A stretch of DNA of 64,000 nt from Chlamydiia bacterium (GCA_040382515.1 JBEIFH010000003.1:6965-70964); one strand, 5' to 3'. Shown: positions 27,998 through 37,769, counted from the first letter of the stretch. Translations and numbers: made by a program. Notes: a model not told the origin generated them from the letters alone.

Positions 27998-29203
27998 ATG
28001 AAAAAATCGACTTTACTTGCCTGCTTGTTTTATTCTTTGGTGAATTACCTGGCCTTTTTTGTTGTCATCCCCCTTTTTACACCGGAGATATTGGACCCTA
28101 GTTCCCCGTATCGCGATCCTTTGAATTTCATTGTCGACCCCACGACTCTCTTAGGGGTCGTTTTGGGGATATACGGTTTAGGGCTTTTTTCGGGCTCTTT
28201 GACAATCGGAAGGTGGAGCGACCTGTTTGGGAGAAAATGGGCTTTGAAACTCTCCATGATCGTATTTATCTTAGGTAATCTCGGTGTCGGCTATTTCTTT
28301 TCTCTAAAGAATGTCTGGATGCTTGTATTCTTCCGCTTTGTTACAGGTTTGGGATCAAGCGGAGCCCAGCTTTTGTACAATGCGATTGACGACTTGGAAT
28401 CGGACCAGAAAAGCAAGGGGAGGGCTATGGGTTATTTGGTGGCCGTCTCCTCGTTTGCGACCGTCGTAGGTCCCGTTTTCGGCTCTTTTTTTGTAGGCGA
28501 TCAGGGGTTCTTTCTTGGGCTGCCTTTTTATTTATTAGCCTTTTTGGGGGGCGCTTCCCTTTTGTTTCTTGAAAAAACATGGCCAAAAAAGTCTATAGAA
28601 GCGAAGGCACATGTTGACAATTTGAGAACCATACTATCAAACCCAAAGATTCTTTTTTTGGCAGCGACATTTTTTCTCATGATTTTAAATATAGAGAGTC
28701 TATTTGTTGCGATCCCGATTTTGATGGTGATGGCTTTTCAGGTGACAAGCAGTTGGATTGCTTTGTTTTTTGCCTATGGAGGGCTTGTAGCGGTTTTAAC
28801 GGGTGCCTTTATCATTCCCTGGGTAGGCCGGTTTTTTTCATTAAGGTTGGCCTACTTTTTCAGTTTTATTGGGCTGACTATTGCAAATTTGGCTTTCCTG
28901 CTGGCCTCGACCCCTGAAGAGGTCTTTGTTCCGTTTACCCTGTTTGCAATTTTCGGTTTGATTGCATGGTCTAAGGGAAACGAGTTGGCTCTAGCTGTTG
29001 TTGAAAAGAATAATTCGGGTGCTGTGATGGGCGTTTTGGGCAGTTTGATAGCTATAGCTGTTTTTGCCTCGTCAGTTTTGATGGGCTACACCGCTTCGAT
29101 CAATTTGTTGCTGCCGATCTTGGCCATGGCACTCATGGCGGTCTTAGGATCTTTTTTAACTCTTGCAGGATTTCATTTGTTCAAAACGACAAAAGGGAAT
29201 TGA
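27998..29203 (+). CDS. MFS transporter
   Basis: About 12 hydrophobic segments and the loop 2-3 motif GRWSDLFGRK. Confidence 0.8.
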   Translation: MKKSTLLACLFYSLVNYLAFFVVIPLFTPEILDPSSPYRDPLNFIVDPTTLLGVVLGIYGLGLFSGSLTIGRWSDLFGRKWALKLSMIVFILGNLGVGYFFSLKNVWMLVFFRFVTGLGSSGAQLLYNAIDDLESDQKSKGRAMGYLVAVSSFATVVGPVFGSFFVGDQGFFLGLPFYLLAFLGGASLLFLEKTWPKKSIEAKAHVDNLRTILSNPKILFLAATFFLMILNIESLFVAIPILMVMAFQVTSSWIALFFAYGGLVAVLTGAFIIPWVGRFFSLRLAYFFSFIGLTIANLAFLLASTPEEVFVPFTLFAIFGLIAWSKGNELALAVVEKNNSGAVMGVLGSLIAIAVFASSVLMGYTASINLLLPILAMALMAVLGSFLTLAGFHLFKTTKGN

Positions 29204-29708
29204 GCAATAAGTCCTTTTGTCGTTTCTAGGGCCCCAAAGGGGTCAAAATCCGGCTAATCTTTGCACTTTTTGTGCAAAAAGTCTAGAACAGCCAAAGAGG
29301 CTTTGACTTTAAACGCAAACTGTCTGGGGATCTTACTGGGTTCGATGTAGCTATAGAGAATATCGCTAAAAAATCCCGCCGGTTTAGTATTTTGCTGTCT
29401 GTAATTGGCTAAAGGGCCGTATTTTAGGGGGGTGAGAAGAGAACGACCGGTGAACCTATTTCCATACGGAATGAAGGCGAAGGTTTTTAAAATTGGCGTT
29501 ATAAGAGGTCCAAACGGGAGCTGCGGCAAGTTGTTTGCAGCATTTAAAAAAGGGTGCACTCCAGATGTGGGGTTTATCATAAAGTTTTCTCCTTTGAGAA
29601 AGAATTATAATTAAACATTATAAAAAATGATACTAAAAACTTTTCTGATTGATTTTCAACCTTTTATAAAGGTATTGTACTTCTCTAGATGCGTTTTTCG
29701 ATCAGGGT

Positions 29709-30707
29709 ATGGCAATTAAATTTTTAACTTTTTATACTTTTTTATCTGCTTCTATCAACCCCTTCGAAATTCTTTTTGAAGACAAAAAAGATTTGGAAAT
29801 TGCCGACATTGTACAGATACAACACCTTCTGAGAGAGGTGGATACACAAAAAACTTTGAAAAATCTCTACCTTGATCCTGAGGAAAGGGGGATTTTTGAG
29901 AGCTACCAACCGATAGCCGAGTATGAGAATCGGATCAGTAGGTGCCTCAAGCAGGTGCTCGCGGACCCTGAAAAGGGGCTGGTTCCCGAGGTAGGGCTGG
30001 TTAAAATTAATAGGGGTGGGGGGAACTGTTTTGTTGTAGGTTGCCCTTTCAACAGGCAATATCCGGATCTGCTTAAAAGTCTGATCCAGGGTCTAAAGGA
30101 GATTGGTTTTGACGGCCACGTCTACTATAGGATAGGGGGTGTGCCCAACCCAACCGGAACGGAGGCAAAATGGGCCGGCGTCCCCTACTCCTTTAAAATT
30201 TTTATGATGATGGAGGCCCACAAGTTGGGTCTTAGCAAGGTGATTTGGCTCGACAGTGCCCTTTTCCCTTTTAAAAATCCAAAAAGCTTATTTCAAATTT
30301 TAGAAACTCAAGGGGCGTTTGTCCTCCACCGGAGCCATCCGAAAAGCGCTATTTTGCCTGCCACCATGCATCTAATCGAAGCTATGACCCGTGTAGATGT
30401 ATCCCAAGCACCTCATGTGCGGATGTGGGTTTTTGGTTTAGATATGGACCGCCCCTGGGTGTCTTCTTTTCTAAAGGACTACACCGATATGTGCAAAGTG
30501 GGGATCCCTTTCATTTCCTGTTACCCAGAGGAGTTTGTGATCTCTGCCCTTGTGAAAAAATTTGAGGCGCACATACCCATTCTCCACGATCCGGTTTATA
30601 CCCCAAAATATGGGTATGGCAAGGTTGTCAAAACCCAAGACCACGACTGGGAAAATTATTGGAGAGCCAAAAAAGAGGGCTATATGTTTGTTGTGAGGGA
30701 TCATTGA
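29709..30707 (+). CDS. family B paralogue 1 (secreted, unknown function)
   Basis: Signal-like N-terminus followed by NPFEI. Core motifs are YYRIGGVPNPTG, VPYSFKIF, VIWLDSALFP and GIPFISCYPEE. The C-terminus is GYMFVVRDH. Confidence 0.75.
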   Translation: MAIKFLTFYTFLSASINPFEILFEDKKDLEIADIVQIQHLLREVDTQKTLKNLYLDPEERGIFESYQPIAEYENRISRCLKQVLADPEKGLVPEVGLVKINRGGGNCFVVGCPFNRQYPDLLKSLIQGLKEIGFDGHVYYRIGGVPNPTGTEAKWAGVPYSFKIFMMMEAHKLGLSKVIWLDSALFPFKNPKSLFQILETQGAFVLHRSHPKSAILPATMHLIEAMTRVDVSQAPHVRMWVFGLDMDRPWVSSFLKDYTDMCKVGIPFISCYPEEFVISALVKKFEAHIPILHDPVYTPKYGYGKVVKTQDHDWENYWRAKKEGYMFVVRDH

Positions 30708-30720
30708 AAGAGCTTCTTGA

Positions 30721-31680
30721 ATGAAAAAAATTGTCTTGTGTTTTGTATCTATTTTATTAACAGCAAACCCTTTTTTGCTGGACATTCAACCCTCAAAAGA
30801 GGAAGGGTACGAATATTTGGAGCATATCCAATCGCTGATTGCAAGAATAGATGTAAAAAAAGAGGTCTCTAAAATGTATCCCAAACCCTCGCTGTTTGGG
30901 GTAAAATACAACACTCAAGAGGATTTTTATCGCAGGTCGATGCGAGGGGCTGTACAGACTTTGATCGACAGGAATTCGGGCTATTTTCCAAAAAAAGAGT
31001 TGTTGGAGGTGAATGGGGGGAGCCGTGATTGTGTGGTTTTAAGTTGTCCAATCCATCCCAAATACGAACATTTACTGTACAGCCTTGTGGAATCATTGAA
31101 GGAGATTGGTTTCAAAGGGGCGATCTATTACCGCGTAGGGGGCTTTCCAAATCCGACCGGTGAGGAGGTGAGGTATGTCGCCGTTCCCTATTCCTTTAAA
31201 ATTTTTACCATGATCGAAGCTTATCAAAGGGGCTATAAGAATGTTTTGTGGTTGGACGCCTCAGTGTATCCTTTGCAAAATTTAGATCTCCTTTTTAGAA
31301 AAATTGAGAACGAGGGGGCTTTGATCAGCTGGAAGAAATTCAGAAAGAATGGCCTTTTACCAAAAACTCAAGAGATACTGCACAGCTTAACCGGCTACCA
31401 ACCCGGAAATTTTGACCATGTGAGCATGCAGGTTTTCGGTTTAAGGATGGATTTGCCCTGGGTGCAAGATTTTATTGAGGATTATTATAAAATGGTTCGA
31501 CTGGGTACTCCGTTTCTATCGTGCTATCCTGAAGAGCATGTGATTTCTGCTTTGGCCCACAAGTATAAAAGCCACCTGCCTGCGAGATTACAAAAAATTA
31601 TCCTCCCGAGTACCGACGACAATTCCCACTATGTGGACGCGAAAAAAAACGGTTATTATTTCTTCTTAAGGAAACACTAA
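30721..31680 (+). CDS. family B paralogue 2
   Basis: MKKIVLCFVSILLTANPF, YYRVGGFPNPTGEE, VPYSFKIF, VLWLDASVYP, GTPFLSCYPEE. Ends GYYFFLRKH. Confidence 0.75.
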   Translation: MKKIVLCFVSILLTANPFLLDIQPSKEEGYEYLEHIQSLIARIDVKKEVSKMYPKPSLFGVKYNTQEDFYRRSMRGAVQTLIDRNSGYFPKKELLEVNGGSRDCVVLSCPIHPKYEHLLYSLVESLKEIGFKGAIYYRVGGFPNPTGEEVRYVAVPYSFKIFTMIEAYQRGYKNVLWLDASVYPLQNLDLLFRKIENEGALISWKKFRKNGLLPKTQEILHSLTGYQPGNFDHVSMQVFGLRMDLPWVQDFIEDYYKMVRLGTPFLSCYPEEHVISALAHKYKSHLPARLQKIILPSTDDNSHYVDAKKNGYYFFLRKH

Positions 31681-31739
31681 AACTCAGTAAGATTGTGCTT
31701 CATTGTCTCATTTTGAAAACAGTGCTTAATCAGATTCAT

Positions 31740-32690
31740 ATGCGATTGGTTTTTTTACTTTTATTTACTCTGTCCGCTTTTGCTGAGGTGCCGAATCCTT
31801 TTGAAATAGAGTTTCCGATGCAAAGTTTTTTGTCATTTGAAGACTATGAGAGGGTGCAGAGCTTGATTCAAAAAAAAGAGCTTAAAGAGCTCATAGATGC
31901 CATCTATCCCACGAAATGCCCCTATTCGAAAAACGATCTGTATCGGCGCGTCTCCTGTTTTACGAGACAAACTTTGATTTCTAGAGAAAAAAATTTATTC
32001 CCTGAGGTGGTGCATATCCGAGGTAAAGAGGGGAGTCAGGACTGTATTGTTCTAGGGTGTTCATTTGATCGTACGTATCCGGAGATGCTCAGGAGCCTTG
32101 TTGCAGGTTTGAAAGAGATCGGGTATGAGGGGGCTATCTACTATCGCATAGGGGGATATCCCAATCCCACGGGCGAAGAGGTCCGTTACGCAGCGGTCCC
32201 TTATGCTCTTAAAATGTTCATGATCTTAGAGGCGCATCAGTTAGGTTACAATAAGGTATTATGGTTGGATTGTTCTGCCTGGCCACTTAAAAACTTGGAC
32301 TATTGCTTTGAAGCTATAGATAAAGAGGGGATCCTTGTCGAGTGGGGGCGGCCGAACACAGAATTATTGATTCCTCAAACAAGGGCTATTCTGGAAAAAA
32401 CGTTTGGTATGGATTTCTCAACGGCTCCCCACGTTGCCGGGTGGTTGTTAGGTTTCAAAATGGACCTCCCTTGTGTTAAAGAGATATTTAGGGATTTCTA
32501 TTCTATGGTGCGTAAAGGGACGCCTTTTCTATCAATGACCCCTGAGGAAACAGTTTTGACCGCCCTTTTTGCGAAGCATGCCCCCCCGTTGAAATTTCAT
32601 CCAAATCTGATGCTTGCGTCAAAAGAGAGTGATACAAGGCTTGTCGAAGGGAGGCAAAAGGGGTTTCGCTTTTTGATACGCACGCATTGA
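31740..32690 (+). CDS. family B paralogue 3
   Basis: The ATG at 31740 gives MRLVFLLLFTLSAFAEVPNPFEI (the track starts at GTG 31695). It has YYRIGGYPNPTGEE, VLWLDCSAWP and GTPFLSMTPEE. Ends GFRFLIRTH. Confidence 0.75.
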   Translation: MRLVFLLLFTLSAFAEVPNPFEIEFPMQSFLSFEDYERVQSLIQKKELKELIDAIYPTKCPYSKNDLYRRVSCFTRQTLISREKNLFPEVVHIRGKEGSQDCIVLGCSFDRTYPEMLRSLVAGLKEIGYEGAIYYRIGGYPNPTGEEVRYAAVPYALKMFMILEAHQLGYNKVLWLDCSAWPLKNLDYCFEAIDKEGILVEWGRPNTELLIPQTRAILEKTFGMDFSTAPHVAGWLLGFKMDLPCVKEIFRDFYSMVRKGTPFLSMTPEETVLTALFAKHAPPLKFHPNLMLASKESDTRLVEGRQKGFRFLIRTH

Positions 32691-32719
32691 CACGGACACA
32701 TTGATACGGAAAAATTTAG

Positions 32720-33682
32720 ATGTTCTACACACTTTTGTTTTTACTGGGGGCCTTTGCCAATCCTTTCGAAATAGAGATAGAGACCAAAAAAGAGCCATTA
32801 CAGGAGGATTACGAGGCTTTAGAAAGAGCGTTGAAGGAGATATCCGTAGCACCTTTGATCCTTCAAAATTATCCGATGAATTGGGATATTGGAAACTGGT
32901 TCACAAAGAGGGAACCCTACAGCGTCCAAGATTTTATCTTACGTTGCTCAAAGGGGCTGATGCAGCATTTTTTTGTTGATGAGTATAGTTGCTATCCGAA
33001 AATCGTCCATCAAAAAGGGGAGCAGAAAAGAGATTGCATCGTATTTTTTTGTTCTTACGACGGGCCTTACCCCCACATTTTACCGGAACTTGTCGGTGCT
33101 TTAAGGGAAGTGGGCTTTGACGGGGGGATCTACTACCGGATCGGGGGGTACCCTAATCCGACCGGAGATGAACTGCGCTACGCCGGAGTTCCGTATGCGT
33201 TTAAGGTTTTCGCTATCCAGGAAGCGCTAATGATGGGTTACGAGAATGTTTTATGGTTGGATACATCAGCTTGGCCTTTAGGAGGGGTGGAGGACATTTT
33301 CCAGGAGATTGCCACTGAGGGTTTTTATTTCGATTCGGGCAAACCAAATCCTTTGGGGCTACTCCCATTAGCGAAAAAAGAATTGGATGCGTATCTTGGG
33401 CGTAGTATCGCCTCAGAAAGGAAGGTGGCCGGTTGGATTATGGGAGTCTCGAAACAAGATCCACGGACCAAAAAAATATTGGAGGATTATAAAAGCCTTG
33501 TGCGGATGGGAATTCCGTTTTTATCTGTCAACCCCGAGGAGTACGTCCTGACAGCAGTTTTATTGAAAAACGGTGTCGCTCTCAAAGATAGGAAGAATTT
33601 GATGGTATCCTGTAAAAAAGACTATAAAGGGTACGTCGATGCAAAAAAAATGGGCTGCAAATTCATTATAAGAGCGCATTGA
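32720..33682 (+). CDS. family B paralogue 4
   Basis: MFYTLLFLLGAFANPFEI, YYRIGGYPNPTGDE, VLWLDTSAWP, GIPFLSVNPEE. Ends GCKFIIRAH. Confidence 0.75.
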   Translation: MFYTLLFLLGAFANPFEIEIETKKEPLQEDYEALERALKEISVAPLILQNYPMNWDIGNWFTKREPYSVQDFILRCSKGLMQHFFVDEYSCYPKIVHQKGEQKRDCIVFFCSYDGPYPHILPELVGALREVGFDGGIYYRIGGYPNPTGDELRYAGVPYAFKVFAIQEALMMGYENVLWLDTSAWPLGGVEDIFQEIATEGFYFDSGKPNPLGLLPLAKKELDAYLGRSIASERKVAGWIMGVSKQDPRTKKILEDYKSLVRMGIPFLSVNPEEYVLTAVLLKNGVALKDRKNLMVSCKKDYKGYVDAKKMGCKFIIRAH

Positions 33683-33686
33683 TCCG

Positions 33687-34847
33687 ATGATTAGAGTATT
33701 CACCCTGTTTCGAAAATATGTTCAATCCACGCAAAGCGGTCTTGAGAGCCAATTTTATAAAAATTTTCGATTGTATTTGCCCGTGCGTGCCGAAAGTTTT
33801 TTCGAAACATCCTCAAGCGGCTATCCCTTTTTTTTATGCCGGGCGCTATTCAAAAGGGATCTTCTAAAGATCTTACTTCTATTGATATGCGTCCATTCGG
33901 ATATTTTTGCACAGAACTCCTTCTTTTCAAGGAGTCTGAAAAATCCCTTCTTGGTAGATTTTGAAATTTCTGAGGATCCTACAAACGAGGAGCTGGAACA
34001 ATATCAAAACGAGTTGCGCCAGCACAACATAGCTGATGCATTGGATAGCCGATGGAGAAAGGAACAAAAACTTGCCCGGTATTTTCAGAAACCGGTTTCT
34101 AGGGACGATTTTTTTAATAGACTGCAGAGGGGGCTTTGGCAGACGATGGTCTCAAAAAAAAAGGGGCTTTACCCTGAAAAAAATGTCGTCACTTTGAATG
34201 GTGGGGGGGAAGATTGCATTGTACTGTTTTCATCTTACGATCGTGTCTATCCAAAATATGTTAAAAGCCTCATCAAAGCGCTCGAGGAGGTCGGGTTCAA
34301 GGGGAACGTTTACTACCGGTTGGGAGGGTATCCCAATCCTACGAAAAAAGAGATCCTGTATGCGGGTGTACCGTATGCGTTCAAGATGTTCATGCTCGAA
34401 GAGGCAAGAAATCTCGGTTTTCGCTATTTATTGTGGCTTGATGCGTCGGTTTTTCCCCTTAAAAATCCACAGCCCCTTTTTGACTTGATTCGTCAAAAAG
34501 GTGTGGTTTATAAAGATGCCGCCCCGTTGCCACAGTTCATTTTCGAGGAAACTAGGAGGGATATTTTTTTACTGACGGGGATCGATGTGATGAAATGCAG
34601 ACATTTGAGGATGCCGGTCTTCGGAATCGATACTAAAGTAATCTGGTTCCAGAAATTTCTCGATTATCACCGAAATCTAGTGGAGATAGGTACCCCTTTT
34701 TTTTCAGCGCTTCCTGAAGAATTCGTTCTGACAGCCCTCAAAGAGCTCTATTTCCCGAAAACGATCACCCCAACAGAAATGCTTCTGGGTTTCGATTATG
34801 TCCCTTCAGTGGCAAATGGATATTATTTTTACCTTAGGTTCCATTAG
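33687..34847 (+). CDS. family B paralogue 5 (longer N-terminus)
   Basis: The hydrophobic LLKILLLLICVHSDIFAQ is internal, then NPFLV. It has YYRLGGYPNPT, LLWLDASVFP and GTPFFSALPEE. Ends GYYFYLRFH. Confidence 0.7.
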   Translation: MIRVFTLFRKYVQSTQSGLESQFYKNFRLYLPVRAESFFETSSSGYPFFLCRALFKRDLLKILLLLICVHSDIFAQNSFFSRSLKNPFLVDFEISEDPTNEELEQYQNELRQHNIADALDSRWRKEQKLARYFQKPVSRDDFFNRLQRGLWQTMVSKKKGLYPEKNVVTLNGGGEDCIVLFSSYDRVYPKYVKSLIKALEEVGFKGNVYYRLGGYPNPTKKEILYAGVPYAFKMFMLEEARNLGFRYLLWLDASVFPLKNPQPLFDLIRQKGVVYKDAAPLPQFIFEETRRDIFLLTGIDVMKCRHLRMPVFGIDTKVIWFQKFLDYHRNLVEIGTPFFSALPEEFVLTALKELYFPKTITPTEMLLGFDYVPSVANGYYFYLRFH

Positions 34848-34862
34848 ATCCAACAGGAAAAA

Positions 34863-36173
34863 CTATTTTTTCCTGTGGGCTACAATTGAATGGTAGGCTT
34901 TTAGCGCCTCATCGCGGGCTTCGGCGTGATCCACAATTCTCCTAGAAGGCTCTTTTACCCATTTCTTGATGTACTCGTGGGTAGGATCAAATTTAGCCTC
35001 TTGAAGATCGGGGTGGAAAATTCTAAAGAAGGGGGCCGCGTCCGCACCGCACCCTCCGACCCACTGCCATCCAAGTGTATTGGAGGCTAGATCAGCGTCC
35101 ACAAGGCAGTCCCAGAACCATTTCGCCCCCTCGAGCCAGTGAATCCTTAGATCCTTGATCAAAAACGAGCCGACAATCATCCGAACGCGGTTATGCATCC
35201 AACCGGTATACTTAAGTTCTTTCATACCAGCATCTACGATGGGAAAGCCGGTCTCGCCATTTTGCCAGGCTTTGAGGAGCTTGGCATTTTTTTGCCAGGG
35301 AAAAGCGTCAAATTCGGGTTTTAGAGGATGGTCAGTGGTATGGGGAAAATGGTAGAGCAGGTGCTTAGCAAACTCTCTCCAGACGAGTTCTTTGCGGTAT
35401 GTTAAAGAGGCCTTTGCACTATGCCAGGCTGCCCTTGGGCTGATTTCCCCGTGGTGCAGGTGGGGAGATAATTTCGAACTCCCTTCGATCGCGGGAAAAT
35501 TACGGTCATGCTCATAATCTTCCACTCGACCTTTGTCGATAAAGGTCTTAAGGCGCTTTTTCGCCCCTTTTTCTCCTGGTTCCCAGAGTAGGGGTATTTG
35601 GTGGAGATCCCAGGTTTGCGTCAAATGGAGCTTGGAAATCGGCTCACTAGCCCCTTTGAGGCAAGAAAAGAGAGATCTTGGCGCCGGCATCGGCTCTTCG
35701 GGGGCTTGAAATTGTTGGGTGCGATTCCAGAATGGAGTGTAAACCTGGTAGGGCTTCCCCTCTTTGGTAAGTACGGTTTCAGGGTTGTAGAGGAGGTTAT
35801 GGTGAAATTTGTGGGACGCAATACCGTATCGTTTGCAAAGGGCTTCCACCCTGCTTTCAATCTTTCTCTCCTCCGGCTCGTAGTTCGCACCGTAGTAGAG
35901 GGCTTCGGCCTTATGTTTTCGTATCAGTGTTTCCAGAATCTCTTCGGTTTCCCCATGAAATAGGTTTAAGAATCCCCCCTTAGCCTCAATAGACTCCTTA
36001 AAAGCCACTAAAGATTGCTCCAGCCACCATTGGGATGCGCGACCAATCGACCAGTGCTTGGTCTTTTCAAGTATATACACAAGCACCAGGGGGCGTCCTG
36101 CCTCGATGGCTAATAGAAGAGGGTAGTGATCTTCAAGTCGTAGATCCTGCCGAAACCAAACAATAGAACTCAT
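34863..36173 (-). CDS. phr: deoxyribodipyrimidine photolyase / cryptochrome family
   Basis: Contains TGFPIVDAGMKELKYTGWMHNRVRMIVGSFLIKDL and LGWQWVGGCGADAAPFFRIF. Confidence 0.9.
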   Translation of the reverse strand: MSSIVWFRQDLRLEDHYPLLLAIEAGRPLVLVYILEKTKHWSIGRASQWWLEQSLVAFKESIEAKGGFLNLFHGETEEILETLIRKHKAEALYYGANYEPEERKIESRVEALCKRYGIASHKFHHNLLYNPETVLTKEGKPYQVYTPFWNRTQQFQAPEEPMPAPRSLFSCLKGASEPISKLHLTQTWDLHQIPLLWEPGEKGAKKRLKTFIDKGRVEDYEHDRNFPAIEGSSKLSPHLHHGEISPRAAWHSAKASLTYRKELVWREFAKHLLYHFPHTTDHPLKPEFDAFPWQKNAKLLKAWQNGETGFPIVDAGMKELKYTGWMHNRVRMIVGSFLIKDLRIHWLEGAKWFWDCLVDADLASNTLGWQWVGGCGADAAPFFRIFHPDLQEAKFDPTHEYIKKWVKEPSRRIVDHAEARDEALKAYHSIVAHRKK

Positions 36174-36325
36174 CCATTTAAAATGGGGCTTTTAAGGATT
36201 TGATTGCAAGATGTAAAAAGGACGTCCCGCTTTGGCTGGAAGTGAAATGGCCACGTCCCGCTTAGGCGGGACGTGGGGAAGAATTAAAAAATTAGAAACG
36301 AAATACACCGTGGCTAATTTATTGA

Positions 36326-36757
36326 TTAAGCATTTTTTGTTAAATCGATTTCTATACCATTATTAAAAAAAGCAGATACAGACCACCTTGCAACCGATGA
36401 TGCCTTTTCAGCAACAAATGCAACTCCCTTAACGGCAGCATCCTTGAAGGCCGCAGGGTTTTTCGCCACCACTAGGGCTCCGATGACAGCGACTGTCCCG
36501 GCGGCAAAGACCGCCCGCTTAGTTCCTTTTGCAGGAGCTTCGGTTTGTGTTTCAACAGATGCACAGATAGAATGAACCTCTGTTCCTTTTGCAGGAGCTT
36601 CGGTTTGTGTTTCAACAGATGCACAGATAGAATGAACCTCTAATTTTGCGATCTTTGCATGTAGTTCTTTGTTTTCTGAATCGTATGCCGTATTAGCTTT
36701 TTGCAAATCACTGATCATAGCCATTTGCCTTTCCACAATGCTTATTTGAGAACTCAT
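36326..36757 (-). CDS. small coiled-coil protein with a hydrophobic C-terminal region and an internal 20-aa duplication
   Basis: 143 aa. EVHSICASVETQTEAPAKGT occurs twice, followed by AVFAAGTVAVIGALVVAKNPAAF. AAGGAG lies 6 nt upstream of the ATG. Confidence 0.6.
   Translation of the reverse strand: MSSQISIVERQMAMISDLQKANTAYDSENKELHAKIAKLEVHSICASVETQTEAPAKGTEVHSICASVETQTEAPAKGTKRAVFAAGTVAVIGALVVAKNPAAFKDAAVKGVAFVAEKASSVARWSVSAFFNNGIEIDLTKNA
36522..36641. repeat. perfect 2 x 60-bp tandem duplication inside the CDS
   Basis: gttccttttgcaggagcttcggtttgtgtttcaacagatgcacagatagaatgaacctct is repeated exactly, head to tail. Confidence 0.95.
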
Positions 36758-37256
36758 GGGTAACTCCTTATTAGTTTTTATAAAACAATTATATAATAAA
36801 TTTAATTTATATTTAAAGTTTTTTTTTAAATCTGTGAGTGGTAGTGGTTTGCATTTAATGTGACCGTATCTTGCTTATTTAGAATGGGTAAGAATTTGAA
36901 AAAAGCAGGGTGTTGGGAGGGGTGGGATAGAAAACTTTATGAATGCCCGAAATCTCCCCAGTAGAGGGTTCTTTTTATTCAGGTATGGACTCTCCTGAAT
37001 TTGCTGCGGTGTTAAATGGATCCATCTTGTAAGAGTTCTTACCTAAAAAAATGAACTATCTTAAGAGGAAGGATATTATCTAGCTAGTTCATTTATAGGG
37101 ACTTGAATTTGCCTGAATTGCCTCGCTAAATTGTGTACCTATTCTCTAAAGTAATGAAAAGGCCCTCCTGTGTAAGGAGGGCTTTTGGAATATAAAATGG
37201 GGAGAAAATTATTGGTCAGGGTACCCATCTCAAGTATTCAGCAACCGGTGGTGGTT

Positions 37257-37628
37257 TTATCCTTCATCAATCGCTGCATCACTTCGGAATTGACAAGCTA
37301 CAATGCCCTTAAGACAAGTCTGTTTCGCGGCTAGATAGAACTTGTTACCTACGGACGCTTGGTAAACTAGGTCATGAGAAAAAGGCCTATTTTCCCTAAG
37401 TTTGTCTAGGAATAACGCTATTGTGTGTTTTTTCAGATCTATATGAGGGATCAAAGCTTGAGATTGGGGAGCTGAAGAGGCTAATGAGCCACCTGAAGAT
37501 AAGTAACCTTGTAACTCAGTAACATCGTCTTCCTCTAAAGGTTTATGGCGAACCCTTTTTGCCTGCTCTTGAGGAGGGGGTGAAACTTTCTCTTTGAATG
37601 CGTTGAATTTTTCTCCACAAAATCTCAT
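37257..37628 (-). CDS. hypothetical protein
   Basis: 123-aa ORF with no motif recognised. Confidence 0.35.
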   Translation of the reverse strand: MRFCGEKFNAFKEKVSPPPQEQAKRVRHKPLEEDDVTELQGYLSSGGSLASSAPQSQALIPHIDLKKHTIALFLDKLRENRPFSHDLVYQASVGNKFYLAAKQTCLKGIVACQFRSDAAIDEG

Positions 37629-37664
37629 ACAGGTTGAGAAGAATTGACCAATTTTTGTAAAAAA

Positions 37665-37769
37665 TTATTTTGCTAGCTTATAGATTTTAGAATCGGCTAT
37701 TGAAATCCCAATTCTATTATAGAATGTTGCTGAATTGTTTGGATTAATATTTTCGATTGAATTTGCCAT
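37665..37769 (-). CDS. possible 34-aa small ORF
   Basis: AAGGAG lies 7 nt upstream of the ATG. Translation is MANSIENINPNNSATFYNRIGISIADSKIYKLAK. It lies just upstream of the 123-aa ORF. Confidence 0.3.
   Translation of the reverse strand: MANSIENINPNNSATFYNRIGISIADSKIYKLAK

Noticed and set aside
29254-29580. 108-aa minus-strand ORF between the MFS gene and the family B array
   Set aside because: No RBS, no motif and an unusual composition, and an equally long ORF lies on the opposite strand. It cannot be distinguished from a chance ORF, so it is not listed as a feature.
36522-36641. Considered whether the repeats here, or the hairpin modules at 38.6 and 39.5 kb, could be a CRISPR array
   Set aside because: There are only two contiguous units with no spacers, and they lie in frame within a CDS. 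The hairpin modules are about 930 bp apart. No cas genes are present.
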